From: Nanobdellota archaeon | GTDB lineage: Archaea; Nanobdellota; Nanobdellia; Pacearchaeales; GW2011-AR1 | Reading direction: 5' to 3' | Assembly: GCA_021818475.1 (NCBI GenBank) | Contig: JAKADZ010000003.1 | Span: 27,988-91,987, forward strand | Length of the DNA: 64,000 nt | The notes under the pieces: generated by a model | What the model was told of the DNA's origin: nothing | Databases searched by the model: none | What the model saw: only the letters and a program-made list of their open reading frames with translations | Part shown: piece after piece, positions 36,778-45,359 of the stretch | Layout of the letters: every line of letters starts with the position of its first letter | How positions within the stretch are numbered: position 1 is the stretch's first letter | Program-made: the position numbers and the translations under genes

Positions 36778-37128
36778 ATGTCACAGACAACACGGGAAAT
36801 CACCCTTAAGGAATCAAAAGGAACATTTTCAATATTCAGGAAATCGTCGTCAAATAAAGAAAATTATGATTTTTCAGGGATTTCCGCATTAAGACAGCTT
36901 CTAAGCAACGAAAAGGCAAGAATACTTGATGTAATAAAAAATGAAAATCCTTCTTCATTATACCTTCTGTCTAAAAGGCTTGGGAGAGATTTCAAATCTG
37001 TCCACGAAGATGTAAAATTGCTAGAAAGATTTGGATTTTTGGAGCTTGTAGAGGAAAAAACAAAGAACAGAATAAGGCATAAACCAAGGCTTATTTCAGA
37101 TTCTATAACTATTCACATAAAACTTTAA
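36778..37128 (+). CDS. small winged-helix transcriptional regulator (HTH), divergent from the S-layer-like gene and adjacent to the pilin cluster
   Basis: LDVIKNENPSSLYLLSKRLGRDFKSVHEDVKLLERFGFLEL resembles an ArsR/PadR-like wHTH. Confidence 0.45.
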   Translation: MSQTTREITLKESKGTFSIFRKSSSNKENYDFSGISALRQLLSNEKARILDVIKNENPSSLYLLSKRLGRDFKSVHEDVKLLERFGFLELVEEKTKNRIRHKPRLISDSITIHIKL

Positions 37129-37712
37129 CTGTAAACAGTCAGAGAAACCTCATAATCCTGCCCGCTTCTTGCAAAATCCTGGAATCCTCCCTGATATTCT
37201 GCAGTTTTATTCCCCTTATCAATAGTAAGCTTGTCCTGTCCGTCAGCACTCACTTTCAGCTCATATCCCTTTATCGCGCTTTGATTCCCCGCATTCCACG
37301 AGTTTTCAACTATTCCCGCAAACGTCGAATTAAGAACATCACAGCTTGCCCTTCCGTCAATACAGCTTTCTCCGCTATTGCATGATATAATCAAATCCTG
37401 CAGGTTAAGAAATTGGATTTCATTCTCGCAGTCAGTGGTGTATTGGAGTGAAGCCTGAATAAAACTGTCAATCTGGTAACTTTCAGTTGTTCCTTTGGTT
37501 GGGCTTTTTATTAAAAAACTAAGCAAAATCAGCAATCCTACTGACACAATGATCGCAATAAGCGCAAATCCAACCATTTCCTCTTGCCCCGAGCGATTTC
37601 GCGGAGTTAAGGTCAGTGATTTGGAAGCGAGGTCGGGAGTTGTTTTGTTGCGGTACAAATGAAAAAAATTTCCTGTTTTTTGCTTCTGCCCTTTATTATT
37701 TAATCTTATCAT
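37125..37712 (-). CDS. archaeal type IV pilin-like protein (class III signal peptide, long leader)
   Basis: ...KSLTLTPRNRSGQEEMVGFALIAIIVSVGLLILLSF: basic residues then G-Q followed by a hydrophobic helix. The leader-coding region contains family-1 element D. Confidence 0.55.
   Translation of the reverse strand: MIRLNNKGQKQKTGNFFHLYRNKTTPDLASKSLTLTPRNRSGQEEMVGFALIAIIVSVGLLILLSFLIKSPTKGTTESYQIDSFIQASLQYTTDCENEIQFLNLQDLIISCNSGESCIDGRASCDVLNSTFAGIVENSWNAGNQSAIKGYELKVSADGQDKLTIDKGNKTAEYQGGFQDFARSGQDYEVSLTVYS
37588..37639 (+). repeat. GC-rich repeat family 1, copy D, embedded antisense in the leader-coding region of pilin gene 37125-37712
   Basis: CCCCGAGCGATTTCGCGGAGTTAAGGTCAGTGATTTGGAAGCGAGGTCGGGAG is ~85% identical to 44405-44460 although the rest of the two genes is diverged. 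Confidence 0.6.
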
Positions 37713-38308
37713 GTTGTGGTTTTATCCTCTGATGCTACGAGAAGCATCGCAAGTTCGCATTTATCATAAACAATTTTCCCGTCAGTTTCTTTTCTGCACA
37801 GGGAAATATAATTTGAACTGTAAGGAAGTATTTTCACATTTTGGTCCAAAATTTTTATATCTCCGCAGTCAGGATAATTATTTGCGTCGCATATTTTATT
37901 ATTTCCTGCAGGATAAATTACCCTTATCTCTATTTTTGCAACTCCCCAGAAATTTGAGTAATCTGAATTATTTTTTAAGGCCATCACTTTGTCAAAATCG
38001 ACACAGTCTGTCGCGCTGCTTCCAAAAGAATTTCCGCATGAAAATTCAGGGGAATTTGCAAGTTTTGATACGAGGAGCATAGAACTTTCTTCTGCAATAT
38101 TAACTGCGCTTTTCTTGACATTCGAGAGAAGTATTGAAAGGAAAAAAAGCCCGACGAGAACAAAGAGAATTGTGACTGCTATAATCATAAATATTGTCTG
38201 CTGAATTTTAATCTGCCCGGATTTGTTTTTAGCAGGCGTGACCACACTTTTAAATGGAAAATCCCACGAAGAAAATCTGTGAGGTGTCGTCGCTACCATA
38301 ACATGCAC
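37709..38308 (-). CDS. archaeal type IV pilin-like protein
   Basis: ...PAKNKSGQIKIQQTIFMIIAVTILFVLVGLFF; likely start is the ATG at 38299 (MVATTPHR); overlaps neighbours by 4 and 16 nt. Confidence 0.5.
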   Translation of the reverse strand: MHVMVATTPHRFSSWDFPFKSVVTPAKNKSGQIKIQQTIFMIIAVTILFVLVGLFFLSILLSNVKKSAVNIAEESSMLLVSKLANSPEFSCGNSFGSSATDCVDFDKVMALKNNSDYSNFWGVAKIEIRVIYPAGNNKICDANNYPDCGDIKILDQNVKILPYSSNYISLCRKETDGKIVYDKCELAMLLVASEDKTTT

Positions 38309-39273
38309 ACCCTCGCATTATTTGTCTGATCGATAGATTCTGCTTCTGCCTGAATAACAGATAAATCTGAGGATTGATTGAGGTTCCCCGCATCTTTCCC
38401 GAGGGTGTTCAGTTCTTCCCCTAAATTGCTGTCACATCCTTTTCCCTCGGTGATAAGCTCTTTATTTGCATAAAGTGAAGACAACTCCCTCAGTCTAAGC
38501 ATCAGCCTTTTAACCTGGCATTCATAGACAGTGCTGTTTGAAAAAATAGCGGCATACATCAATGCTTTTGAATCGCTGACTCCTGAGAAATACATGACCG
38601 TCCCGTTTTTCTCAACCGAATCAGAACTAAAGTCGACATTTATATTGCATCTCTGCTGACCGAAACAAACTTTCACGTCGCTGTCTGAACAGTCGTTAAT
38701 TTTTAAATTGCTCTGGTTTAACTGTGAAATTTCTGTGCTTATATCATTCGGAGCGCCAACAAAGCAATAATTCACGTCGGCAGAAGTGATGTACATTAAA
38801 TCTGCAATTTTAAACGGAAAATTAAACGGCTCAGAAAAAATATAAAATTTCTGCCCTTCTACCTGGCTTTCAGAAAAAATATATTTATTTTCAAATCCGA
38901 CTCGGGTATCTGTTGCGACCCATTTTCCAAAATTTTTCTGGTCTAACTGTATAACTTGCTGCCCAAAATCTCCGGTCGGAATGCATATATTATCTATCCT
39001 GGTATCTGTCGGTATTGTTATCGACGTAGTTTGTGCAGATTCAAAGCTGGTCTCCATCGGGTCGAGCAAAACCCCTATCTGCTGTCCTGTTTCAGCGCTT
39101 ACTGCTGTCTGTTGTGTTCCTATAAGTTTTGAACTGAGATAAATAGCAAGAAAGATTATTACTATCCCTGCGATAATTGCAAAAAGCCATCCAAAAGATA
39201 TTTCCAAAGCCCCTCTGCTGTTTTTTCCTGAAAAATTAGCGAGAGAAAAATTTTTATTCTGGCTTCTTTTCAT
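38293..39273 (-). CDS. archaeal type IV pilin-like protein (326 aa)
   Basis: ...FSGKNSRGALEISFGWLFAIIAGIVIIFLAIYL, class III signal-peptide pattern. Confidence 0.5.
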   Translation of the reverse strand: MKRSQNKNFSLANFSGKNSRGALEISFGWLFAIIAGIVIIFLAIYLSSKLIGTQQTAVSAETGQQIGVLLDPMETSFESAQTTSITIPTDTRIDNICIPTGDFGQQVIQLDQKNFGKWVATDTRVGFENKYIFSESQVEGQKFYIFSEPFNFPFKIADLMYITSADVNYCFVGAPNDISTEISQLNQSNLKINDCSDSDVKVCFGQQRCNINVDFSSDSVEKNGTVMYFSGVSDSKALMYAAIFSNSTVYECQVKRLMLRLRELSSLYANKELITEGKGCDSNLGEELNTLGKDAGNLNQSSDLSVIQAEAESIDQTNNARVCMLW

Positions 39274-39279
39274 TTTATA

Positions 39280-39723
39280 TCACCTCGTTACTGTAACCAG
39301 CGTCTCTCCGAAATTTTTTTCAATTGTCATGCTTAATTTTCCGTTTGCAGTCTGGATGCAATAAGGATTTTCATCTTGGGTTATTTTTGCCTGATCTATA
39401 TTTTCAATTGTTTTCTCAGGAACTATCTGGCTCGAGGTAAATTTCAGATTGCCGACAGGATCTCCGTTGATAAAACAGACTGCACTTATATAAGAAGGCA
39501 GAGGATAAACCACTGTCTGGCTTCCCTGAACACTTTTCCACATCTTATTTATATCATCCTGAAAATTATTGAGAAATGTATCTATCTGAACTGACTGCTG
39601 CAAATCTATAAATTTTTTTATTGCATAAAATGCGAATGCGAGAAAAACAATTATCATAATTATTGTAAAAATCATTCCGAACGACAAATTCATCTGCCCC
39701 TTAATGTTCCCTCTTTTATCCAT
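39280..39723 (-). CDS. archaeal type IV pilin-like protein (~147 aa)
   Basis: MDKRGNIKGQMNLSFGMIFTIIMIIVFLAFAF; the ORF-track start at 39771 is probably too far upstream. Confidence 0.5.
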   Translation of the reverse strand: MDKRGNIKGQMNLSFGMIFTIIMIIVFLAFAFYAIKKFIDLQQSVQIDTFLNNFQDDINKMWKSVQGSQTVVYPLPSYISAVCFINGDPVGNLKFTSSQIVPEKTIENIDQAKITQDENPYCIQTANGKLSMTIEKNFGETLVTVTR

Positions 39724-39873
39724 ATCTAAAAATATCCAATATAACTTATAAATTTTTACATAACCAATCATCAGTCATGAGCACTATCTCAGGGGAAAAT
39801 GATTGTAGCGAAAAATAAATTTTTCACTAATTCGTATAAATCCAAATTAAAGAAACCGCGTAGGTTTCGTTCA

Positions 39874-42051
39874 TCAGTAACTGCTGAAGGGTCTTACAGT
39901 TATACTGCATTCATCAGGATTTGGCTGATTTCCAAATTCATCCTGGCATTTTACATAGTAATTGCTGTTTGTATTCCAGTCAGTAAAGTGGTTTATGAAA
40001 TCTGTTGTTGTCATGTTAATGCCGTCGGCAAAATTATAACTGCAGCTGTTTGTTCCATAAACGCAGTTAGACTGTTCATCGGTTACAATGTTTAGTTGAT
40101 TATTCTCATTGTAAACTCTCACAACAGTTGGTGGCTGGAAGTCGCTTTCTACAGAGAATTGTGTTGACTGTGTAGCGCAGTTTCCATTTAATTCAGCGAG
40201 GTCACAGCATTTTATTGTATAATCATAATTTCCTGCATCCAGCCATAAATCCTGAGAATGCTGGTATGAGTTTGTGTTTGCGAATAATACATAAGCGCTG
40301 TCAGGCTGAGAGGTCTGCTTGAAATCGCAATATGCCTGTCCTTTATTGTATCCTGCAGAAGTGTGAGCAGTCAATGTGACTTTCACACTTTGTGTTGAAT
40401 CTTTGATTGTGCTTCCGACGTCAGGCGTTACAGAGTCAATAACTAAAGGCTGTGTCCCGTATAAAATATATTTGTAATCTGTTGCCATAGTATACCTGTC
40501 TGATTCATTATTAAGAGGATAACTCTTACAGTTGAAATAAAAATCGTTTTCAGTGCTGTCTTTCAGTCCGTCGACTGTCCCGGAACATTTGTAATAAGTA
40601 TTTGCATTCATTTCAGTTATACTCTGGGCACAGGTCATTGTATTGGGCATATTGTCATAAGATTCATCATTATGGCTCCATTTGCAGTCTGCAGGTTTGT
40701 CTGTGTAAATATTTACATCCTGCGAAGTCTTTCCGCTTTCAACAAACCATCCATTTAAAGGTTCTGTTAATTCAATTGAAGGAGCAGTGGTATCAGGACT
40801 CTTCTGCACGCAATATTTGAATACAAATGTTCCGACATTTGAATAACCATTTTCACTCTGGCATCTTACATAGACATTGAAATTTCCTCCGTTGCTTAAA
40901 TTGATTCCCTCATTAGATAATTCCGTTAATCCGCCGTGGACAGACATTAAAGTATGATTATACAAATATTCTCCGCTGCTGATTGCCTGTGCCATCTCGT
41001 CAAATGTGTCTGTTCTGTTTGTGTCTATTTTGCACATTCCTGGTTTATCAAGGGAAATTCCATAAGTTAATCTTGTGAATGCAGGAATGCATCCATCTGA
41101 TGTTTTTTTATCTTTTATTACAACTCCTGTATCTCCGGGAAGCGTCGCAGTATAAGGGTCATATTCAAATTGTGTTTTATCCAATGGTCCATCCCATGCA
41201 GTTATTGCAGGAGGATAAACATCATTTCTGTTGTTCCAGACGCACATTTCATCACTTGTTCCTGAATTCAGCAATTTGCAACTCTGGCCTAAACTTTCAC
41301 ATTTGTATTCAGTACAGGGCAATGCTCCTTTATTGCATTGTTCACAGTCAGCTCCTCCTGTTACTGGATGCCAAGGCAGACAACTGAATTGCACTGCATC
41401 AAATCTTACATCTCTGTAAGTAAATAATGCAATTAGGACACCAATTCCTGCCCCAATTAATCCTAACCCTGAAATAACTAATCCTCCAAAAGGAAGTGCA
41501 AGCCCCCAAAGAGGAGTTCCTGTTGCAGCAGAATATAATAATCCTACTGCTGCCCCAACCCCGAATCCAATTCCCACTGCATGTGAGACAGAATCTGATA
41601 ACTGCGGACTTACTCCCATCCATTGTAAAACATAAGTTGTTCCGTAATATAATGCTACTGCAATTCCTCCGTTAGTTAATATGTTCATTCCATTAGCCCA
41701 AAGATTGGCTCCAAACTGACTCCATCCGACAAAACTTGTTCCTCCTGCTCCTCCGGCCCCACCTGCTCCGCCAGCTCCTGCTGCAGGATACATTGAAGGA
41801 TTTTCTGCTCCCATAAATGCATAAGGATTTTTTACTCCTGACAATGCTGCAGTTGGCGTGGGTGCAGACGAAAGTGCTGCTTTTGCCTCGGCCATCATAT
41901 CAGGAAGATTGGAACTAACTGTAGTTATATCTGCAGCGTTGACAAATCCAAATTCATTTCCTACAAAATAAGAAAATGCAGAAATACTTCCAATTAATAT
42001 CATAATTTCAAATATTGCAATTGCCCCTTTTTCAAAATTTTTCTTTTTCAT
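39874..42051 (-). CDS. large pilin-like/polytopic membrane protein with class III signal peptide, Gly-rich segment, 3-4 extra TM helices and a big Cys-rich extracellular domain
   Basis: MKKKNFEKGAIAIFEIMILIGSI (start at 42051 avoids an 80-nt overlap); GAGGAGGAGGAGG; hydrophobic block GIGFGVGAAVGLLY...GLVISGLGLIGAGIGVLIALF; ~40 Cys in the C-terminal 450 aa. Confidence 0.5.
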   Translation of the reverse strand: MKKKNFEKGAIAIFEIMILIGSISAFSYFVGNEFGFVNAADITTVSSNLPDMMAEAKAALSSAPTPTAALSGVKNPYAFMGAENPSMYPAAGAGGAGGAGGAGGTSFVGWSQFGANLWANGMNILTNGGIAVALYYGTTYVLQWMGVSPQLSDSVSHAVGIGFGVGAAVGLLYSAATGTPLWGLALPFGGLVISGLGLIGAGIGVLIALFTYRDVRFDAVQFSCLPWHPVTGGADCEQCNKGALPCTEYKCESLGQSCKLLNSGTSDEMCVWNNRNDVYPPAITAWDGPLDKTQFEYDPYTATLPGDTGVVIKDKKTSDGCIPAFTRLTYGISLDKPGMCKIDTNRTDTFDEMAQAISSGEYLYNHTLMSVHGGLTELSNEGINLSNGGNFNVYVRCQSENGYSNVGTFVFKYCVQKSPDTTAPSIELTEPLNGWFVESGKTSQDVNIYTDKPADCKWSHNDESYDNMPNTMTCAQSITEMNANTYYKCSGTVDGLKDSTENDFYFNCKSYPLNNESDRYTMATDYKYILYGTQPLVIDSVTPDVGSTIKDSTQSVKVTLTAHTSAGYNKGQAYCDFKQTSQPDSAYVLFANTNSYQHSQDLWLDAGNYDYTIKCCDLAELNGNCATQSTQFSVESDFQPPTVVRVYNENNQLNIVTDEQSNCVYGTNSCSYNFADGINMTTTDFINHFTDWNTNSNYYVKCQDEFGNQPNPDECSITVRPFSSY

Positions 42052-42055
42052 TTTT

Positions 42056-43639
42056 TTATCCGCTGCTCCCGGTTTGTATTGATATCTGACTTTGAGTATA
42101 TCCATCTTTTCCGAGATAATTCTTCTGATTTCCACAGTCTCCTAACTGAGTGCAGATATTATTCATCTGAGTCTGCCAATTTGGACTTAAACATGAACAG
42201 TTATTTTTTCCGCTCCATCCCAAAAAAGTACTGTCTGGAGAACAAGTCCAGCTTCCGCCGATTGATTTTTCCATTCTTACTATGCAGGTTGAACTTGCTC
42301 CTGCACAGCTCGAAGTTGTGTCGCTGCTTGGGGTTTGACTAAATCCCGGCGCATAATTTGGAACACAAATTCCAGAAGAACCGGTATTTTGAAGTCCGCT
42401 CGATGTAAAATTATATCCTGAAGAACTTACCCATTTGCAATCTCTTACATTACTGTCTTCACAATCTGATTGTGTTGACTGGCCCCAGCAATCCTGCCAA
42501 ATATTCACTTTGCAGTTTGCAGTATAAAATTTGCTTCCTGATGAAGTTATTGTATCATTTTCTACACAAACTTTTTGTCTTGGTGAATCACATTCTTCAT
42601 TTGTGACTTCTCCATTATAACACATTAATCTGAAATCAGTTGCTCCTGGGGAATAGCTGTTTCCTGTTTTTGAATCTGTTGAACACCATGTCTCTCCTTG
42701 TTTTGGATAGTTAGTTGAAGTGGCATATCCTGTTGGGGAACCGCTGTATGGCCCGCGATAATTCACACAGTCTAGATTTCTGCATAAGTTATTCCCGTAA
42801 TTTACAGAATCTCCTGACTGCTTCGCCTGGCACATACTTCCTGAATAATAATCACAAACTCCGCAGCTTGGGGAATTCTTATTCCCTTTGCCGTCGTCGC
42901 ATGTGGGAGATTGTATTTTTGTCCAGTAATTTTCATCATTTATCTTTGAAGAATCATAAACATTTGCCAGGTTTCCGCAGCTGTCTTCAAAATAAACATT
43001 TCCGTCGTCACCGCAAATAGTGTTTTGTGTTTTTCCGCAGACAGTTCCCAATTCCTGCGCACTGCACAAATATCCTTCGTGGAATGAAACATTTCCGAGG
43101 GCAGAATTTTGCGCCATTGTCTGGCAGTCTTTTTTTGTATCCATTTCACAGGTTGTTACATAATCTTTTGTGTAAACACACGCCCCCTTTGCCTGGGGAT
43201 TTGCGCTTGCAAGACAGGTTAATTCATCGTTGACATTTGGCTGGTAAGTAGAATCAATTCCATAAAGCACAGACATTCTGTTGCATGCAACTTGCGTAAC
43301 AAATGCCGCCTGGTCTCCCATTAAACAGCACCCTAATTTACATTGGGGAAGACTGCTTTGTGGCTGAGGGCTCCAAAACCCGTTATTGCTTTCACATGCT
43401 CTTTCTGTTGAAGGCATACATGTTCCTTCCTGCTGGTCGATGCAGGTTCCTTCTGCACAAAAAGATGTTGATGCGCAGGGAGTAGACAAACTTTTGTAAT
43501 TGCTGTCGCATTGAGATTGATCATTTACATTCTGGCAAAATGCTCCTGAAGTTGTTTTTTCACAGCAATAACTTGCTGCACTCACAATTCCAATTAGTAA
43601 AATTCCAAAGAACAATAATAAAAATATTTTTCCCCTCAT
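42056..43639 (-). CDS. secreted Cys-rich protein (527 aa), candidate pilus-associated adhesin
   Basis: Sec signal MRGKIFLLLFFGILLIGIVSAAS; more than 60 Cys; no TM. Confidence 0.5.
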   Translation of the reverse strand: MRGKIFLLLFFGILLIGIVSAASYCCEKTTSGAFCQNVNDQSQCDSNYKSLSTPCASTSFCAEGTCIDQQEGTCMPSTERACESNNGFWSPQPQSSLPQCKLGCCLMGDQAAFVTQVACNRMSVLYGIDSTYQPNVNDELTCLASANPQAKGACVYTKDYVTTCEMDTKKDCQTMAQNSALGNVSFHEGYLCSAQELGTVCGKTQNTICGDDGNVYFEDSCGNLANVYDSSKINDENYWTKIQSPTCDDGKGNKNSPSCGVCDYYSGSMCQAKQSGDSVNYGNNLCRNLDCVNYRGPYSGSPTGYATSTNYPKQGETWCSTDSKTGNSYSPGATDFRLMCYNGEVTNEECDSPRQKVCVENDTITSSGSKFYTANCKVNIWQDCWGQSTQSDCEDSNVRDCKWVSSSGYNFTSSGLQNTGSSGICVPNYAPGFSQTPSSDTTSSCAGASSTCIVRMEKSIGGSWTCSPDSTFLGWSGKNNCSCLSPNWQTQMNNICTQLGDCGNQKNYLGKDGYTQSQISIQTGSSG

Positions 43640-43640
43640 T

Positions 43641-44492
43641 TTATGTTGTTGGCGTTAAGTATCCTGCAGGCCATATTTGCCCTCTTATTGCAAACTGAAA
43701 TTTATCTCCTGTGTCTCTGTCAGTCAGTACGTAAATTTTTCCGTCATTTCCCCTCAAAATTTTTTCTGCTTTCAGATTATGATAGTAAGTCATGTATGTT
43801 GCTACATCAACATCACCATAACTTGCTTCCCATTCGATTATACTATTAGCTATTGAAACTAATTCATAAAGATTATTATTCACCAAAACAACAAATGAAT
43901 TATACTTCTGCGCATTTTCTCCTTTTGTCAAAGTTAAGGAATAATTAAAAGTTGCGACAATCCTGTTTGGAAATAATTCAACTGTTTTCATTCCAGGTTT
44001 TAAATCGACGCTGAATCCTTGTTTGACATAACTCTGCTGCATTGATGTAAAACAGGCATCGACGTTATTGCTTATCTGATTTTTAATCTCTGATTCAATA
44101 TGTGATTTTAACATTGGCTGCTGCACTTCGCACGGACGGTAATATTCATTTGTGTAACATAGGTATTCAACTTTTGAATCGTTGTAAAGAAGATAATTTG
44201 TTGCATTTATGCTTCCTCCCTGCAGTGAAAGAGTGTCGACGGCATTTTTAATATCCTGTTCAATGCAGGATTGAATAAATTGTTGCGGACTTTGCTGTGC
44301 TGTTCCCAAACTTGTTTTAATCTGCGGATAAAAACTATAAATAAGAAGTCCTACAGCGACGATGATTATTCCGATGATAATAAAAATAGTTACCTGCCCC
44401 GAGCGATTTCGCGGAAGTAAGGTCAGTGACTTGCAAGCGGGGTCGCAAGCAGTTTTATTACTTAGAAAATTATTTCCCTCTTTTTTATCCAT
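43641..44492 (-). CDS. archaeal type IV pilin-like protein (283 aa), paralog of 37125-37712 at the leader
   Basis: ...ACKSLTLLPRNRSGQVTIFIIIGIIIVAVGLLIYSF; the leader-coding region contains family-1 element E (44405-44460). Confidence 0.55.
   Translation of the reverse strand: MDKKEGNNFLSNKTACDPACKSLTLLPRNRSGQVTIFIIIGIIIVAVGLLIYSFYPQIKTSLGTAQQSPQQFIQSCIEQDIKNAVDTLSLQGGSINATNYLLYNDSKVEYLCYTNEYYRPCEVQQPMLKSHIESEIKNQISNNVDACFTSMQQSYVKQGFSVDLKPGMKTVELFPNRIVATFNYSLTLTKGENAQKYNSFVVLVNNNLYELVSIANSIIEWEASYGDVDVATYMTYYHNLKAEKILRGNDGKIYVLTDRDTGDKFQFAIRGQIWPAGYLTPTT
44405..44460 (+). repeat. GC-rich repeat family 1, copy E, in the leader-coding region of pilin gene 43641-44492
   Basis: CCCCGAGCGATTTCGCGGAAGTAAGGTCAGTGACTTGCAAGCGGGGTCGCAAGCAG. 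Confidence 0.6.
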
Positions 44493-44548
44493 CTGATTTT
44501 TAAGATATTATTATTTATAAATCTTAAGAAAAATTTTCGATATAGTTT

Positions 44549-45280
44549 TTAATCTTCGGTTTCAACTCTCGGAGCCAAAAGGAAATTCAATTCCATATGT
44601 TCTGTTTTGATATCAAGTTTTAATGGATGGTCATTTGCAAAATTCAAAATAGTTTTTTCTGCAACTTTGGCGCCTTTCATAAATTTCTGAAGATATTCCA
44701 GACTGTATTTTGATTTGCATTCTTCCCCTTCAATTTTTATTGCATCTCTTGAAAATTCAGAACGTGTTGAATTCAATCCGCGCGCTTCAATGACAAAATT
44801 CCCGTTGTTTATTGCAAAAGAGCAGGCATCAGACACGACAACGCAATCGTCAATTGATGAAGCTAAATCTGCAGGATATATTTCAACTTTTGCGCTGTAA
44901 TCTAAAACAGGCATTTCTTTTTCCTGCCCTTCAACTTCAATTAGATTCAGGCTGAAGTCTCTTTTTATTTTGTCAAGAATTTGTATGTCCAAATAATTGT
45001 CTCTTTTTTCAAAAATAAGCGGACTTCCTGCACTGCATCTTTTTAGTATTCTTTTAAGACTGTCAAGATTAATTCCCAAAACTTCATCTCCGGTTTCAAA
45101 TTGCGAGAATGCGCTTTTTGGAATCCTGAATTTTACCATCGCAACATTTGCGGGGTCAATTGCAGTTATGCTCATTCCAAATTCATTTACTTTTATTCTC
45201 ACTTCGCTCACTAATTCAGAAATTACCTCTATTGTTTTTGAGAGGAAACTCGCATCTTCTAATCTTACTAGCATATTCAA
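44549..45280 (-). CDS. pcn: DNA polymerase sliding clamp PCNA
   Basis: 243 aa; three-part beta-clamp pattern; C-terminal NFLLAPRVE. Confidence 0.8.
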   Translation of the reverse strand: MNMLVRLEDASFLSKTIEVISELVSEVRIKVNEFGMSITAIDPANVAMVKFRIPKSAFSQFETGDEVLGINLDSLKRILKRCSAGSPLIFEKRDNYLDIQILDKIKRDFSLNLIEVEGQEKEMPVLDYSAKVEIYPADLASSIDDCVVVSDACSFAINNGNFVIEARGLNSTRSEFSRDAIKIEGEECKSKYSLEYLQKFMKGAKVAEKTILNFANDHPLKLDIKTEHMELNFLLAPRVETED

Positions 45281-45359
45281 GAAAATATATTACCTCTTTT
45301 AAGGATTACTATTTTTCAGTATAGGTTATTTATTTAAACTTTTCATAATTTTATTCGGA

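Noticed and set aside
38303-38329. SD-like GAGGTG followed by ATG on the plus strand
   Set aside because: The downstream ORF is 8 codons; the sequence is better explained as a fragment of repeat family 2 embedded in the minus-strand pilin gene start.
41740-41800. GGAGCAGGAGCTGG-type nucleotide repeat
   Set aside because: It is the coding sequence of a poly-Gly/Ala tract (GAGGAGGAGGAGG) inside the 725-aa pilin-like protein, not an independent repeat element.
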